Program-made: the position numbers and the translations under genes
Shown here: piece after piece, positions 13,630 through 25,682 of the stretch
Numbering within the stretch: the stretch's first letter is position 1
How the letters are laid out: the number at the start of each line of letters is the position of its first letter
Notes under the pieces: generated by a model
What the model was told of the DNA's origin: nothing
The model's input: only the letters and a program-made list of their open reading frames with translations
The model's database searches: none
NCBI RefSeq assembly: GCF_009914755.1
Contig: NC_060934.1
Source: the human T2T-CHM13v2.0 reference genome, Homo sapiens
Direction: 5' to 3' (one strand)
Length of the DNA: 64,000 bases

Positions 13630-16299
13630 AAAACCTATAACTGTTTGCCAACAAATTAGATGACTTAGATAAAGGAGACAAATTCCTAGAAAGGCACAAA
13701 CTACCAAAACCAACTCAAAAAGAAATTTAAAATTTGTATTACTGAACATTTTAAGAATTAATACCAAATGTTCACAAACTCTTCCAAGAAACAGAAGAAA
13801 GGGAACAGTTCTCAATTCTTCCTATGGAGCCAGTAGTCCTCCGATATCAAAAACCAAGACATCACAAGAAAACTACAGACCAATATCTCTTATAAATACA
13901 GATAAAAAATCCTCAAGAAAAACTAGCAAAATAGAATCCAAATCTACTGATGAATGGATAAACAAAATGTGGCATATTCATACTATGGAATATTACTCAG
14001 CCTTAAAAAGGAATGAAGTAGCCATACATAGATGAACCTTGAAAACATTATGCTAAGTGAAAGAAGTCAATCACAAAAATACAATATATTTATTGTATGA
14101 AAACAGTTTCATGGTTGCCTAGGCTGCAGGGCTGGGGACGAGGGGACACGGGGAGGGTTGTTTCTGGAATGAGACATGACTACCAACAGGCATGGGGTTT
14201 CTTTCCGGGGTGATGACAATGTTCTAAAATTAGATTTTGGTGATAGTTGCATAACTCTGTGACTACATTAAAAACTGCTGAATTATATAAATTCAAATTC
14301 AATTCAATTCAATTAATTTCTATAATACATGAAATATACCTCAATACAGCTGTTTAAAAGAGTCCAGTGATAGGATGTTTAGAAGAGCCGGCAAAAGACA
14401 ACTTAGGCAGGATAAGCATTAGCTACATAGCTGGCTGGGGGTGGGCGATAGGGAGAGATATTTTAGGGGTTCATTTCATTGAGGTGTTCCCCATTTTGGT
14501 TCCAGGATTCCTGGGGACCAAGGAGGGTCCCCTACAGGTACAAGGACCACAGAGTAACAAGATGAGAAAACACACCTCCAAGCCTCTTCTTCCTCTTCCC
14601 TTCGGGAGTTCAGACCTCTGAAGCTCTCTAGGAGACTTGCTGCCCTAAGGGCCGAGGTCAGGGACTTAGGGCTTCCTCAGGATTGGTTCCTCTCTGGAGC
14701 CATGAGAGCCAACCCCCTAACCCTGGAGGCCAGCAGCGTTGACCCCGGCTATGTGCTGTCGAGCCCCCACCCTCCAGCTGAAAGGCCACAGGACTCCTCT
14801 CCAAGCAGGTAGGAGGGGGTGCCGGGACTTCTCGTGTCCTGTTGCTAGGCACACCAGCAGTTCTGGGTTTCCTCAGAGAATCATCAAAGTTCAAGCCACC
14901 AGTGACCTAGAGATCATCGAGTTACGCTTGTTTCCCTCTTTCCAGATAAAGAAACTAAAGAAACTGAGGTTCTGAGTGGCAGGGAGCTGGGACGACTGCT
15001 GGCATTTCTGACAGTCTTGAGGCCTGCGTGCCTATCCCCATTGCAGGTGGGAGGGCAGAGGCTCAGAGGTGTGAGGGGGAGGCCTGGCTAGGAAATGAAA
15101 CCAAATTTCTCTGCTGGATGCTGGTTCCCTTTTTGAAAAACCCCCAGGGCTGCTGTGCAGGACACCGAGTGGAGAAGAAGTCACAAAGAGCGGCCCTTCT
15201 CAGAAATCGAGTGGAGCCAGAAGCCTCAAGTTTCAGTCTCCTGAGCAAGGCCCGCAGGACGGCAAGGCTCGACCACATCCCAGCATGTGGTTCCAGGCCT
15301 CAGATCTGTCCACGTCAGCCCACCACTGCCTTCAAAGTCAAGTCAGACATGAGGGCTGCCACCTCGCCTGGCCTCTGCCAGCCTTCCCAGCAGCAAGCAT
15401 AAGACAGAGTCTGCCCTGGCCTTCAGGGAGCTTCTGGCTCACTTAGTGAGGGAACAGATTGTGCAAAGTAATGACACATGTATATTTACACATTATGGTA
15501 AGTGTTTTAAAGGAAAAATACATAATGGCAAGTGAGCAAACAACAGGGGTCAGAAAAGGCCTCTCAGGAAATAGTGACACTTAGGCCCAGACAAACAGGG
15601 AGCAAGGTGACTTCAGGCAGAGAGAAATGAGGGAAGCAAAAGCAGGCCACGTGTGAGAGGAGGATGGGGATGTGGGGAGCTGGAGACCACATGGCCGGCA
15701 GCGTATGGCACTGAGAATCAACTGTCACTGCCACTGGAACCACTGAGCATGCAGTGAGCAAGTAGGGAGCAGTGAGACCCCGCAGGTGACCTGCACAGGC
15801 CACACTGGCTACTGGAGAAGGGACTGGAGTTGAGGAGGGTCCATGTGGGAGGCCTTGTTGGGAGAGGCCACTGCAGCAGATGGGGCTGCAGGTGCTGGCA
15901 TAGCATAGAGACAGCAGAAAGATTCAAGTGCACTTTGGAAATAGAACTGGCAGGATGTGGGGATGGCAAATTGGAGGAAAAGGATGAAATTGAGAATTCA
16001 GTTTTAGCCCGATTAGCTTTGGCCAATTTCTAGCCCAGGAGACATCCAATGGAGGTGTCCAGGGGTCAGAGGCCTGAGCCAGGAAAGTGACTAAAGATTC
16101 TGATGAGTTTGCCAGCCAGAGGGCCGAGCAAGCAAGCAAGAAGCATCAGAATGTGCAGGCCCCTAGGGACAGGAGCAGAGACGGAATGGCAGAGCAGGAG
16201 GCAGCCACTGTGCTGGCCTGAGGACTGTGGCTCCCCGAATGCTGCAGCAGAAGAGCAGAACCGGTCCTATCACCCAGTCAGTAACAGCCATGCCTCCTG

Positions 16300-16520
16300 A
16301 CCTCTCCCTCCAAGACAGAGCAGGGCACTCTGTCCCCTCATCTTGCACCAGACCAGCAACAGCATTCCTGCCCAGGTCCACTGGCCTCTGTACTCTGGCT
16401 GCTGGGCACCCCAGTGAGCCCAAGCCTGGCAGAGCCTATACTCTGTCCACCAGCAAAGGGGCACAGGGTCTGCAGGAACCCATGCCCAGAGCTCATCTAT
16501 TACAATGCAGTGATAAACAC
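16300..16520 (-). pseudogene. Gene B relic with an RGS22-like N-terminal motif
   Basis: DELWAWVPADPVPLCWWTEYRLCQ resembles RGS22 W-x3-ERLP-x-F-x4-Y-x-EYRL (from memory); possible donor GAG|gtcagg near 16300. Confidence 0.4.
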
Positions 16521-16717
16521 AGTGGACTGCCACTGGGATCTGCTGGGTGTTGGGTAACCCAACAATAGGCTGGGGCCAGCCAGCAGGTGAGCTCGATGGT
16601 TTCCTGTCTCTGCCCACACTCTGCTCTTGCTACTGTTCACAAGTACAGATTCTGTGCTAGTGTGGTGCCAGGCCACATAGGTGACAAAGTGATCCCCAGC
16701 GGCAGACCCAGGCTCAC

Positions 16718-16877
16718 CGCACCAAAGGGAATGAAATGAACTGGGCCCGAGGGCTGGGGCTCAGAGATGGATTCGGGCACAGGCCACCTGCCCAGGCTCG
16801 ACTGCCCTCAGGCCCATTTGATGGCATCTTGAGAGGAAGTGGTGTGGTGCGGAAACCAGAGAGGTGGTCTGGGGAGC
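16718..16877 (-). CDS. Gene B exon 4; the spliced frame ends at TGA 16808-16810, giving a 93-aa ORF
   Basis: Acceptor ttccccctccccctcccag|G and possible donor GCG|gtgagc; reads WLPRPPLWFPHHTTSSQDAIKWA*. Confidence 0.5.
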
Positions 16878-17942
16878 CTGGGAGGGGGAGGGGGGAACAC
16901 AGTGCCAGCAAGGCTGGGAAGCTGAGCCTTTTCTGCAGGCAGTCTGGGGCCAAGGTGGGGTTTGAGGAGGATCATAGTGTCTCCAGAGCTGTGGGTGGAT
17001 GCTGGCTTGGGCAGTGGACTAGAAGGGGCAAGGGTGAACTCAGGATGGCCAGCCAGGAAGCAGTGCCATCAAGGCGATAAGTCGAGGGAATGCACAGGTG
17101 TTGCGGTGGCCTCCAGGGCAGGAGCACAGGAGCCATCAGCCATTGGTTGTGAGAAATGAAGAAGAGGGCAGGGTCGAGAGCCAGGAAAGCAGAAGAGGCA
17201 GTGGGAGTGCGGGACTGCACTGGAGTCTAATGAGGGGCTCTGGATCTGCAGGCCGCAGACAGGCACTGCAGAGCTTGGAGAGGGAATCTCGGAGGCATTT
17301 GTTTAGAGGCAATCACAGTCATCAGGGCCTTGAGGGAGACAGCTCAGAAGGTGAACAAACTTATAGCCAAAAGCCAGCAGGGCAGGGCTGCCTTCAGCCC
17401 TGGTTCTGCTGTTCTGCTGCAGCATTCAGGGAGCCACAGTCCTCAGGCAGCCCTCAGCAGCCCAGGAGGGGCCTAAGGGGAGCAGGCCCGCAGGTGCTCA
17501 GAGCGTCAGAACTGGTCATCTGGTCCAGTGCAGATGATCTCCTTCAAGGCAGAGCCTGACAGGGGGGCCAGGATGAGTGGGGAGGAGGACAAAGGGGATT
17601 CAGGGCTGGGCACACTGTTCCCTGGTGCTGGGAAAGGAGGGGAGGAACAATGGGCAGGGCTTATGGAGCATAGACAGGGACAAGAAATTGGTCTTGTTGG
17701 TTTTGTTTTTGAATTTTTGGTTGAGCAACTCAGGCAGGTTTATGGGCTGACAGGAGTTGACGGGAGGGAGGGTGAGGATGTCGGGAAGAGCATGGGACCT
17801 GGTCATGGGCAAAACCCCAGAAGGCAAGGAAGAGCTGCTGCTGCTGAGAGCAGCAGGAAGGGTGAGGGGCGAAGAGCTCCAAAGGCAGCTGGAGATGAAG
17901 CGGTGGCAGAGAATGAGCACGTGTCAGGATCTAAGGGCCTAC

Positions 17943-18046
17943 CAGTCTGCTCCTGCCCCTCGCTGCCCTGGAACAAAGCTGACTCCATGCTGTGCTCCAG
18001 TACCACCTTCTTCCTCCAAATTTCCACCTTGGGTAACAATGCAAAG
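17943..18046 (-). CDS. Gene B exon 3 (LCIVTQGGNLEEEGGTGAQHGVSFVPGQRGAGAD)
   Basis: Acceptor tttcattttcttcag|C and donor CTG|gtaggc; 104 nt, open in frame. Confidence 0.55.
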
Positions 18047-19447
18047 CTGAAGAAAATGAAATTTGCCACCAAACAGACCCATCACAGAGCTCTAAATACA
18101 GATGCACCTGGAAACATGCCCCAGAAACAATACCCTCAGAGTTCAGACAAGTACATGAGCCCTCTGCTTTTAGAGGAGGCTTATCCTCTACAAATCAGAT
18201 CCTGCTCACTGACCTTTCAGCTTTTTGGGAGCACCTGGAACCCAGGATTTCTCTATTTGTGAAAACCTGTCTTGCATATGATATTAAGTGGGATTAATGT
18301 CACAGCATATCACACCCTCCCCTCCCCGAAAAAGGCACGCAACAATCCCTTCCCGGACCCACTGTGCCCACCTACAGCTTTGCAGCCAGCAGGAGAGCAA
18401 GGGGCTCCTGGATAAAGCCCAGGATTTGGGTTTTAAAGGCGTGATGATGACACCTACTAATGTGGCTCTGGCTCTTGATATATTTTTGCTGCTCTCTTCA
18501 TGAGATTATAGAATATTTCAGCTTTTCTGCTTTATCAAGTAGATTTTTACACAGGGACAAACATGCTAAAATGTTCTGTTGTAAGAGTTTGATTCATCCA
18601 AGAATGAAATCAATAAGAACAACTGTTGTCTTAGCTGTTGCTTTAATTGAAATGATATCAATGATTAATGGACTCTCTTTCAAGCTTTTCTTAAAAAAAT
18701 GCACATACACATCTCTAGGCTAGAGAGTCAGATAGCTCCTTAGGTGGGTGGCAAGAGCTAAACACACACATGGATACACACACAGACATACTGTGTTACT
18801 GCTATTACAACCAAACAGTTTAATGTCCAAAGCAGCATTTCTCAAAGTGTGTCCACACATATGTGTGCCATGAAATGCTCTATGAAAAGAAGGTTCCCTA
18901 GGGAAAGGTGTGGAGACCATACCTCCAATCCACCTGACTTAGCAGGCACAACTGTGCCAGTGTGGCAAAGGCTCTGTTTGCTGTGAAAAATCTTCCAAAC
19001 TTTCATAATTCCTTATGTCTAAGATTATTTGACCAAATAACCCTTCCCGTGTTTATTGCAGAACTAATTGTGAACAATGGTTCAGACTGTCCGCCACCCA
19101 GCCAGACTGGCCACATGGGTTCAAATTTGTTAAATGAGCCTGCAGCATTTAAACCCTTGGAGACTTTGTACACTAAGACATCAAACATCTGTCTTCCTTG
19201 AACCTCAGACTCTCCAACAATTGCATGGGTTCTCTCCTCCCTGCCAGACAGTGGCTGGTCATCCACTCTGGCACCACAGCGCTCCCCACCCACTTGGCCA
19301 GCTTGGCTAACTTCCATGGGCTGCAGAACCTTGTAGGCACTTCAGACTCAGTGCCTACTCCCAGGCTGCTGTGGCCAGCCATCTCTCGGGTAGGTGGGAG
19401 GGTAGGGCCCAGCTGGGGAACACTCCCAGACCAGGCTTTTTCCTTAC

Positions 19448-19503
19448 CTGGACTGGTGAAGCCAGCAGCTGGCCTTGGGGGTCCACAGCCCCAGAGGACA
19501 GAC
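19448..19503 (-). CDS. Gene B exon 2 (GLSSGAVDPQGQLLASPVQ)
   Basis: Acceptor ctcctcttgcttag|G and donor CAG|gtaagg; 56 nt, open in frame with exon 1. Confidence 0.6.
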
Positions 19504-20236
19504 CTAAGCAAGAGGAGGTGCCCCTGGCTCTCTTCTGAGGCTGCTTAATGAGTCTATGTCCTCTCTAACCAAGACTTTGCAAATCCACCCTTGCTTTTGG
19601 GACACTCTTTACCATGTTTACTGAAGAGGGGTCAGGAGAGACTAAAGCTGCTCGTCCAGGCCCTGGCGGGGGTGAAATCCTGGGCTCTGACCTGCCCTCG
19701 GGGAGCATGCAGCAAGACCTTGCCCTCTAAACCCTACTGCAGCCCTAGCTATTGTCATAGTGAAGACACCACACACAGGGCTCTCGGCCCCTGCTTCCAA
19801 GAATGAAGCCTCATGTGCAAAATTCTTTTTCATTCTTTCTACAATCAGAAGCTGAGGAAACTGTTGCTCTGGGACAATGAGAACCTTGCAACTACAGCAC
19901 TCACATTTTTCACTTGGTTTTGGTTGCAAAGAGGCTCAACCACAGATCATACCTCATAGCCAGATTAACTGGGCTCCATTTTCCCTTGACCTCTCTACGT
20001 CCTGTGTAAATGTAGGGTCCTGTTTAGGTTTTTAAATAGTTAAGTATTATATATGTTATAAGCTACTTCAAACCCTTTGTGAAACCAGCCTGTACATTGA
20101 TGGCACCATTCTCACCTGGACAAGGTCGAAGGCTGCCTGACCTTTTCTGTATCTGGATGCAGAATACACTTTTCGGAGGAAGGAAGACCTAGTGCTCATT
20201 CTGGCAGAGCCTGCCTTACCCTATATGGTTTACAGG

Positions 20237-20411
20237 CAAGGCTTCCCAGACTCACCTGGCCATAGGAGTCACTTGGGGAACTCCTTAAACACACAGTTTC
20301 CCAAGGCCTTCCCCAGAGCCTATCCAGCAGGCCAGGGTGGGGCCTGGGAATCTGCATGCTTAATAAGCGCGGCAGGTGAGTGTTAGGGTCAGGTGAGTTT
20401 AGGGAGCGCTG
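20237..20411. mobile_element. MER5-family DNA transposon
   Basis: ggtggggcctgggaatctgcatgcttaataagc core. Confidence 0.65.
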
Positions 20412-20479
20412 CAGTAAAGGGATGCACCACTATGTTCCCAACGATCAACAGGGATCATTTCAGTCAGTCAAGGGTTAAG

Positions 20480-21700
20480 TCGGCCGGGCCCCAGCCCCCG
20501 GGAGGCCGGACCTCCGGCGGCCGCCAACGTCCTAAGCGTGTTTCTGGGCTTTGGGCCCTCTCCAAGACTGCTGCATTCCTCAAGCAGCTCTGCTCGCAGG
20601 TTCCGCCGCGAGTTTTGGAAAACTCTGAGTCAGGGCCCCACCGTCCAAGTTTGTGACAGAGGCGGGCGAGAATGAATGGTCCCTCTCCCGGCAGTTAAGC
20701 CGCAGGGGCGGCGCAGGGCGCGCGCCGGGCTCGCGGTGCAGAGACCTGCGAGCGGGTCTGGGCGCCGGGGGTTCCTCCGTCCCGGCCGTGGACTTGGCGG
20801 ACCTGCAGCCGGCGCCGCGGCCAGCCCCGGGCCCTGGAGGGCGGACCCTCCCCTCGGCTCTACCCACTCCCGCCCAGGGGCCGGACCCCACCCCCACTCC
20901 CACATGGGGACCGAGGAGCCCCAGGATGCGCCCCCGCGCCCCGAGTGAAGGGGAGCCTCCCCTTCCAAAGTTAGGAGACTCAGAGGAGCAGCAGCCGCAC
21001 CTGAGCCCTTTCCAAAGCTGAGGCAGGTGCGGGCGGCCCTGGACACCCCGTGGCGAGTCCCCGAGGCGGGGCTGGCAGCCTCTGGCGGCGGCCGCAGGGA
21101 GCGGGGCGCACGTGCGCGCCGGAGTTACCTTTGGGCGCTCGCAGGTGTCCCCTCCAGTCCTTGCAGCAGCACAGCCCCATGGCAGCCGCCCGCGGCCCCG
21201 CCGCTCGGCTCCTCTCCCCGCCTGCCGCCTGCGCCCCGGGGCGGCGCGGCCGAGGTCCGGCCCACGGGCAGTGCCCAGCTGGGCGCAGGGTGCGCGGGGC
21301 CGCCGGCCCGCGGCTCCCGGGCCCTCACACTCCACCGCGGCCCCGCGCAGCGGGCATGCCGGCCTCCGGGCAGACCCTGCTAATCAATAGGAGAACGCGC
21401 AGATCGCGACCGCCGCGCCACTGCCCGCTTTTATCTCCGCGCGCCGGGGCGGCCCCGCGCTGCTCCCTGCCCTCGCCGGCGCCCTCCCCACGGCCCGTTA
21501 CTCTCCCGGGGTGCCGGGCCGCGCGCTCTCCCAGGAGCCGCCAGGGGGCGCCACGGAGCCGGGGCTGCCTCCGCCTCCCTGGGAGCCAAGCAGGGGTGGG
21601 GGGCCACACCGGCCTGGCCTCCCCGCGCAGAATGGGAAGAAGGGGCGCCCTCGCTGTGCAAGGGAGACGCCCCCAACCCCACCAGCATCCTCTGGGCAGT
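20480..21700. promoter_or_regulatory. CpG island, likely promoter of gene B
   Basis: About 1.2 kb of very high GC and CpG. GC box near 21446-21456, minus-strand TATA-like GATAAAA at 21429-21435, and palindrome GCGCACGTGCGC (E-box/NRF1-like) at 21106-21117. Confidence 0.9.
21129..21180 (-). CDS. Gene B coding exon 1 (MGLCCCKDWRGHLRAPK-G)
   Basis: ATG at 21180 in GCTGCCATGG context; donor AAG|GTAACT at 21129/21128; 52 nt, phase 1. Confidence 0.6.
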
Positions 21701-21829
21701 CATCTCAAGGGTGACTTTGTCGGGGGTGTTCAGGACCACCGAGCTCTCAGTTTCCCAGCTCACCTGTACTGTGCAGTAGTAGGAAGAGGGAGTGTTTGCC
21801 CAGGCTACCCTCAAACCTGGCGGGCTACT

Positions 21830-22095
21830 TATGAGCTGTGTGACTTTGGATAAGTCATCTCCCCTCTGAGACTGTTTCCTCACCTGAAAAGTGAGGAAAA
21901 TGATACCGGTTCAGATGCTACTTAGCACAAATTAAGAATTAAGTTATTCAAACTCTCTCTGTGCCCAGTTTCCCCACCTATAAAACAGAGAAGATAACAG
22001 AAACTGCTTCACCGGATGGTTGTGTCAATTAAATGAGTTGATATATACAAGGACTTAGAACCCAAGTGGCCTGTAGGTAAGTGTTTTGCAAGTGT
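21830..22095 (+). mobile_element. MIR fragments
   Basis: gctgtgtgactttggataagtcatctcccctctgagactgtttcctcacctgaaaa core. Confidence 0.7.
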
Positions 22096-22366
22096 GAGCT
22101 ATCATCATCATCAAGTCTTGGAGAGGATTTGGGCACTTTTTCATGAGAGTGTGTTCGGTGCAATCACCTTGGAAGGTAACATGGAAGCTGCTTTATTAAA
22201 ACTAAAAATGCTGCTGCCTTGGGAGCAAGCTCATTTCTTAGTATGCACCCCATGGAAATGTGTCCCCACATGCCCAGGAAAGTCTATGGAAGGCTATTCA
22301 TGGCAGCCTTGCTTGTGATTGCAAAAAGTTGGAACCACCAAAATGTTCATCAGTAAAAGAATCATC

Positions 22367-22755
<389 letters not shown>

Positions 22756-24242
22756 TCATGGCACTTATGTAAGACACATACCCATACTCACAAAATATTA
22801 CTATAGTGTTCACTCTGTACCATGCTCTGTTCTAGGCCCTTGGGCTTAGAAAAATATATGGGAGGAAAACAGGAAACCAAGAGTGGTTCCCTTTGGGGAG
22901 ATGGTGGAAGAAGAATGGAGTAAAGTGGGTGTCAAGAGACTTTGGCTTTTTTATAATGGCCTCATTCTGTAAAAGGAAAGCATAATCAGGTATTATTGTG
23001 TAATTAAAGTAAATAATCAATTTACTTTGATTGAGATAATTATATTTTTAGGTGTTTGGCACAGAGTAGGCTTCTTCATGTAAGGTTCTTTGTCACCCCC
23101 CAGTTCCTAGGATCTGTTCCTAACCCTGAAGCAGGGCTGTGGTCCAGCTCTGATGGCCTTGACTTGACTGGAATTTTCTCCCTCCCTCCCTACCACAATT
23201 CCATTTGGGGAGAACAGAGGTGGTCTCAGAGGAGAATCTCAGCAAGGGCAGGCTGGAAAGCAGAGGCTGCCCAAGGCACGGAGCAGAAGAGTTAAATAAA
23301 TGTGGGGGCAGGAAAGAATGACTTAGAGCAGGGAAGAGGTTTTCCCAGGAGTTAAGTCTTCATTCAAAGGAGAGATTAACAAGAGCAGGGCAGATTTCTG
23401 CCTCCCTCCCTCTCCTTTAACTCCTCAGAAAGACCAGGGTGAGGCTTCGGGGAGAGAGAAGGGTTTTCCTGCGTTAGATCCGGAAAGAAAGATGTTTTCA
23501 CTTCATGACACATAGGTGGGGGTTACAAAGAGAGAGTAACTGAGAAAAAACAGAGAGACCTGACTTCTGGTTGCTGCCAAGTCATTTTAAACAGTTTTAG
23601 CACCAGGCAAGATCACTTAGTCACAGCGGGCTTAATGAGGCCCCAGGAATTCCAAGCTAGAGCTCCCTGCATTCAGGGAGAGCATCTGCGGGGAGTGAGC
23701 CCCTCGGGTGATTGTCCAACGGCCAAGTCCTACATTTGGAAAGCAAGATTTAAAAGAAAACATCACAGCGGCCATTGTGGGCCGCTTGTTTATCTTTCTG
23801 AGAGGAAGTAGCAAAGCAGGATCGTTTCAAATGAGCCTATTATAAAGGGTCAACGTCCCCATTGAACCGTTTAAATATATTTTGGGATACTCGACTTTTC
23901 AAAGCGGCTTTAAATATCAACTCCCAAGGCAGTTCAGCAGACAAATAGGAAGGCAGGGGCTTCTTGTTTTATTGCCTTTGGTTTCACACACTTTAATTCC
24001 TAATTACACATTGTCTTTTTATAGTTTTTTAGTTGTGTGTCCTTCCTCAAGGGGGAAGGAAAATAACATTCACTATGTGTTTCCCACCATGTGCCAGGCA
24101 ACTCACAAAGGTTATCTCAGTTAACCACAGGACAACCGCATGAAGCAGATGCCATGAGATTCAATTTACAAAGGAAGAAACTAATGTTCAGAAAGGTGAA
24201 GAGACTTGCCCAAGACCAATGAGGTAGTAAGTGGCAGAGCCA

Positions 24243-24680
24243 AGATGGATGGGTGGATGAATGGATGGGTGCATGGATGGATGGATGGGCAGATGGATGG
24301 GTAAATGGATGGATGGATGGGTGGAAGGATGGATGGATGGAGTAATGGATGTTTGGATGGAGGTGTAGGTAGGTGAATAGATGGATGGATGGGTGGATGG
24401 TTGGTTGAATGGAGGTGTGGATGGGTGAATACATGAATGGATGGGTGGATGGATCGTTGATTGGATGTAGGTGTGGATAGATGAATAGATGAATGGATGG
24501 GTGGATGGATGGTTGCATGGAGGTGTGGATAGGTGAATAGATGGATGGATGGGTGGATGGATGGTTGGTTGGATGGATGGAGGTGTGGATAGGTCAACAG
24601 AATGATGGATGGGTGGAGGGATGGTTGAATGGATGTGTTCCATAGGTGAACAGAAGGAAGGATGATGGATGGTTTAATGG
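24243..24680 (+). repeat. (TGGA)n simple repeat with ~52-60 bp higher-order units
   Basis: Repeated ggaggtgtggataggtgaatagatggatggatgggtggatgg. Confidence 0.95.
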
Positions 24681-25682
24681 TTAAATAAACAGAAGAATGG
24701 GTAGTTTTCCCTAGTTAGGCCTAAAGTCATGGGCTGCGACTGGCAAAGCACCCACTTAGCATAGAATTTGTCTGAAAAATCAAATTTTCTGAACATAGCT
24801 CTGCCACCCAAATTGATGATGACCCCAAACTAACTAGAATTTAGCCAAAACATCAGGATCACATATGCTGCAAGGCTCTAGCTGTGCTCAAGCCGCCTTG
24901 CTCCAGAAGAAGGGCCAGAGGTGGGAGCCTCTAGGACATGTTTCCCAGCAGGAAGGCCAGCCTCCAGCCCACCACCAGGCACAGGGCAGAAGAGATAGAA
25001 CCAGGGGGTGGATATCCAGTGGGCACAATGGGCTCTGGGAGGAGGCTGGACACCAGCTTTGAGGACAAAGTTTCTATGGGATAGAGGCTGCCCCACTCAT
25101 CCAGAGCTCTACTTCCTGCCACTTTACTCCATTTCTCTGGGAGACCCACAGTTGGGTGGTGAGAATGTCAAGCTGTTTCTAGGGGGTGCTGCTGCTGCTG
25201 GGATCCTGAAGCCTGTGCAGCCTGAGCCCCTGGTCCCAGATATGCCCCAGGTCATTCAAGGATTTTCTTAGGAGACTCAGGACCTGCCCTCCATAGTTCC
25301 AATGCAGGAGTCTGGATTGCTCCTCCCCAGAATATCCAAGGCACCCTCACAGCACTATCTCAGGTGTGAGCTCAGCCCTGGGTAGCTCAGAGGAAGGGAA
25401 TAAATGGGAATGTACCATCTTAGCCACAAGCATAGCTTAGGGAGCCTATAATGATCATTCTTTCCTTCACTCATGTACAAATGATGACTGAACACAGCTC
25501 AATGCCTGACACAAGGCCCAATGTGGGGCGGGGGATAGGAGGTTGCCCCGGGAGCTGTAGGGGACAGAAAGCCAGTCTGCCGAGGGTGGTAAAGAAAACT
25601 CTGCAGAGGAGAATGCTTTGAGGTGGGACCTGAGCTGCAAGGAGGGGTCCAGCACCTTAGGGGACAGCACAGGAATGGTCCC

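Larger units (their letters stand above)
10250..14360 (+). mobile_element. Old L1M element (5' region, ORF1, partial ORF2, 3' end) interrupted by Alus
   Basis: A-rich L1 ORF1/ORF2-like sequence; 3' end tgatgaatggataaacaaaatgtgg...tatacctcaata. Confidence 0.85.
130..21180 (-). pseudogene. Gene B: decayed multi-exon gene starting MGLCCCKD, with RGS22/RGSL1-like motifs; probably continues past the window start
   Basis: Strong Kozak GCTGCCATGG in the CpG island. About 12 minus-strand segments are bounded by pyrimidine-tract AG acceptors and GT donors. Downstream exons carry in-frame stops and some mutated acceptors. Motifs: DELWAWV..D.VPL...EYRLCQ, WKAFC*YFLTVGLQVFEFLL, LTLQELLVKREG. Confidence 0.6.

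Noticed and set aside
13177-13815. 212-aa ORF
   Set aside because: Antisense Alu/L1 translation.
17528-18262. 244-aa plus-strand ORF
   Set aside because: No recognisable domain or splice support; it overlaps repeat-like sequence and a better-supported minus-strand exon.
20580-21883. Long ORFs (150-267 aa) on both strands
   Set aside because: Stop-poor GC-rich CpG island giving low-complexity R/G/P/A translations, mostly without ATG starts.
24359-24635. CRISPR-like periodic array
   Set aside because: Eukaryotic simple repeat with no unique spacers and no cas genes.
24117-24643. His/Pro/Ser/Ile-rich ORFs
   Set aside because: Translations of the (TCCA)n simple repeat.
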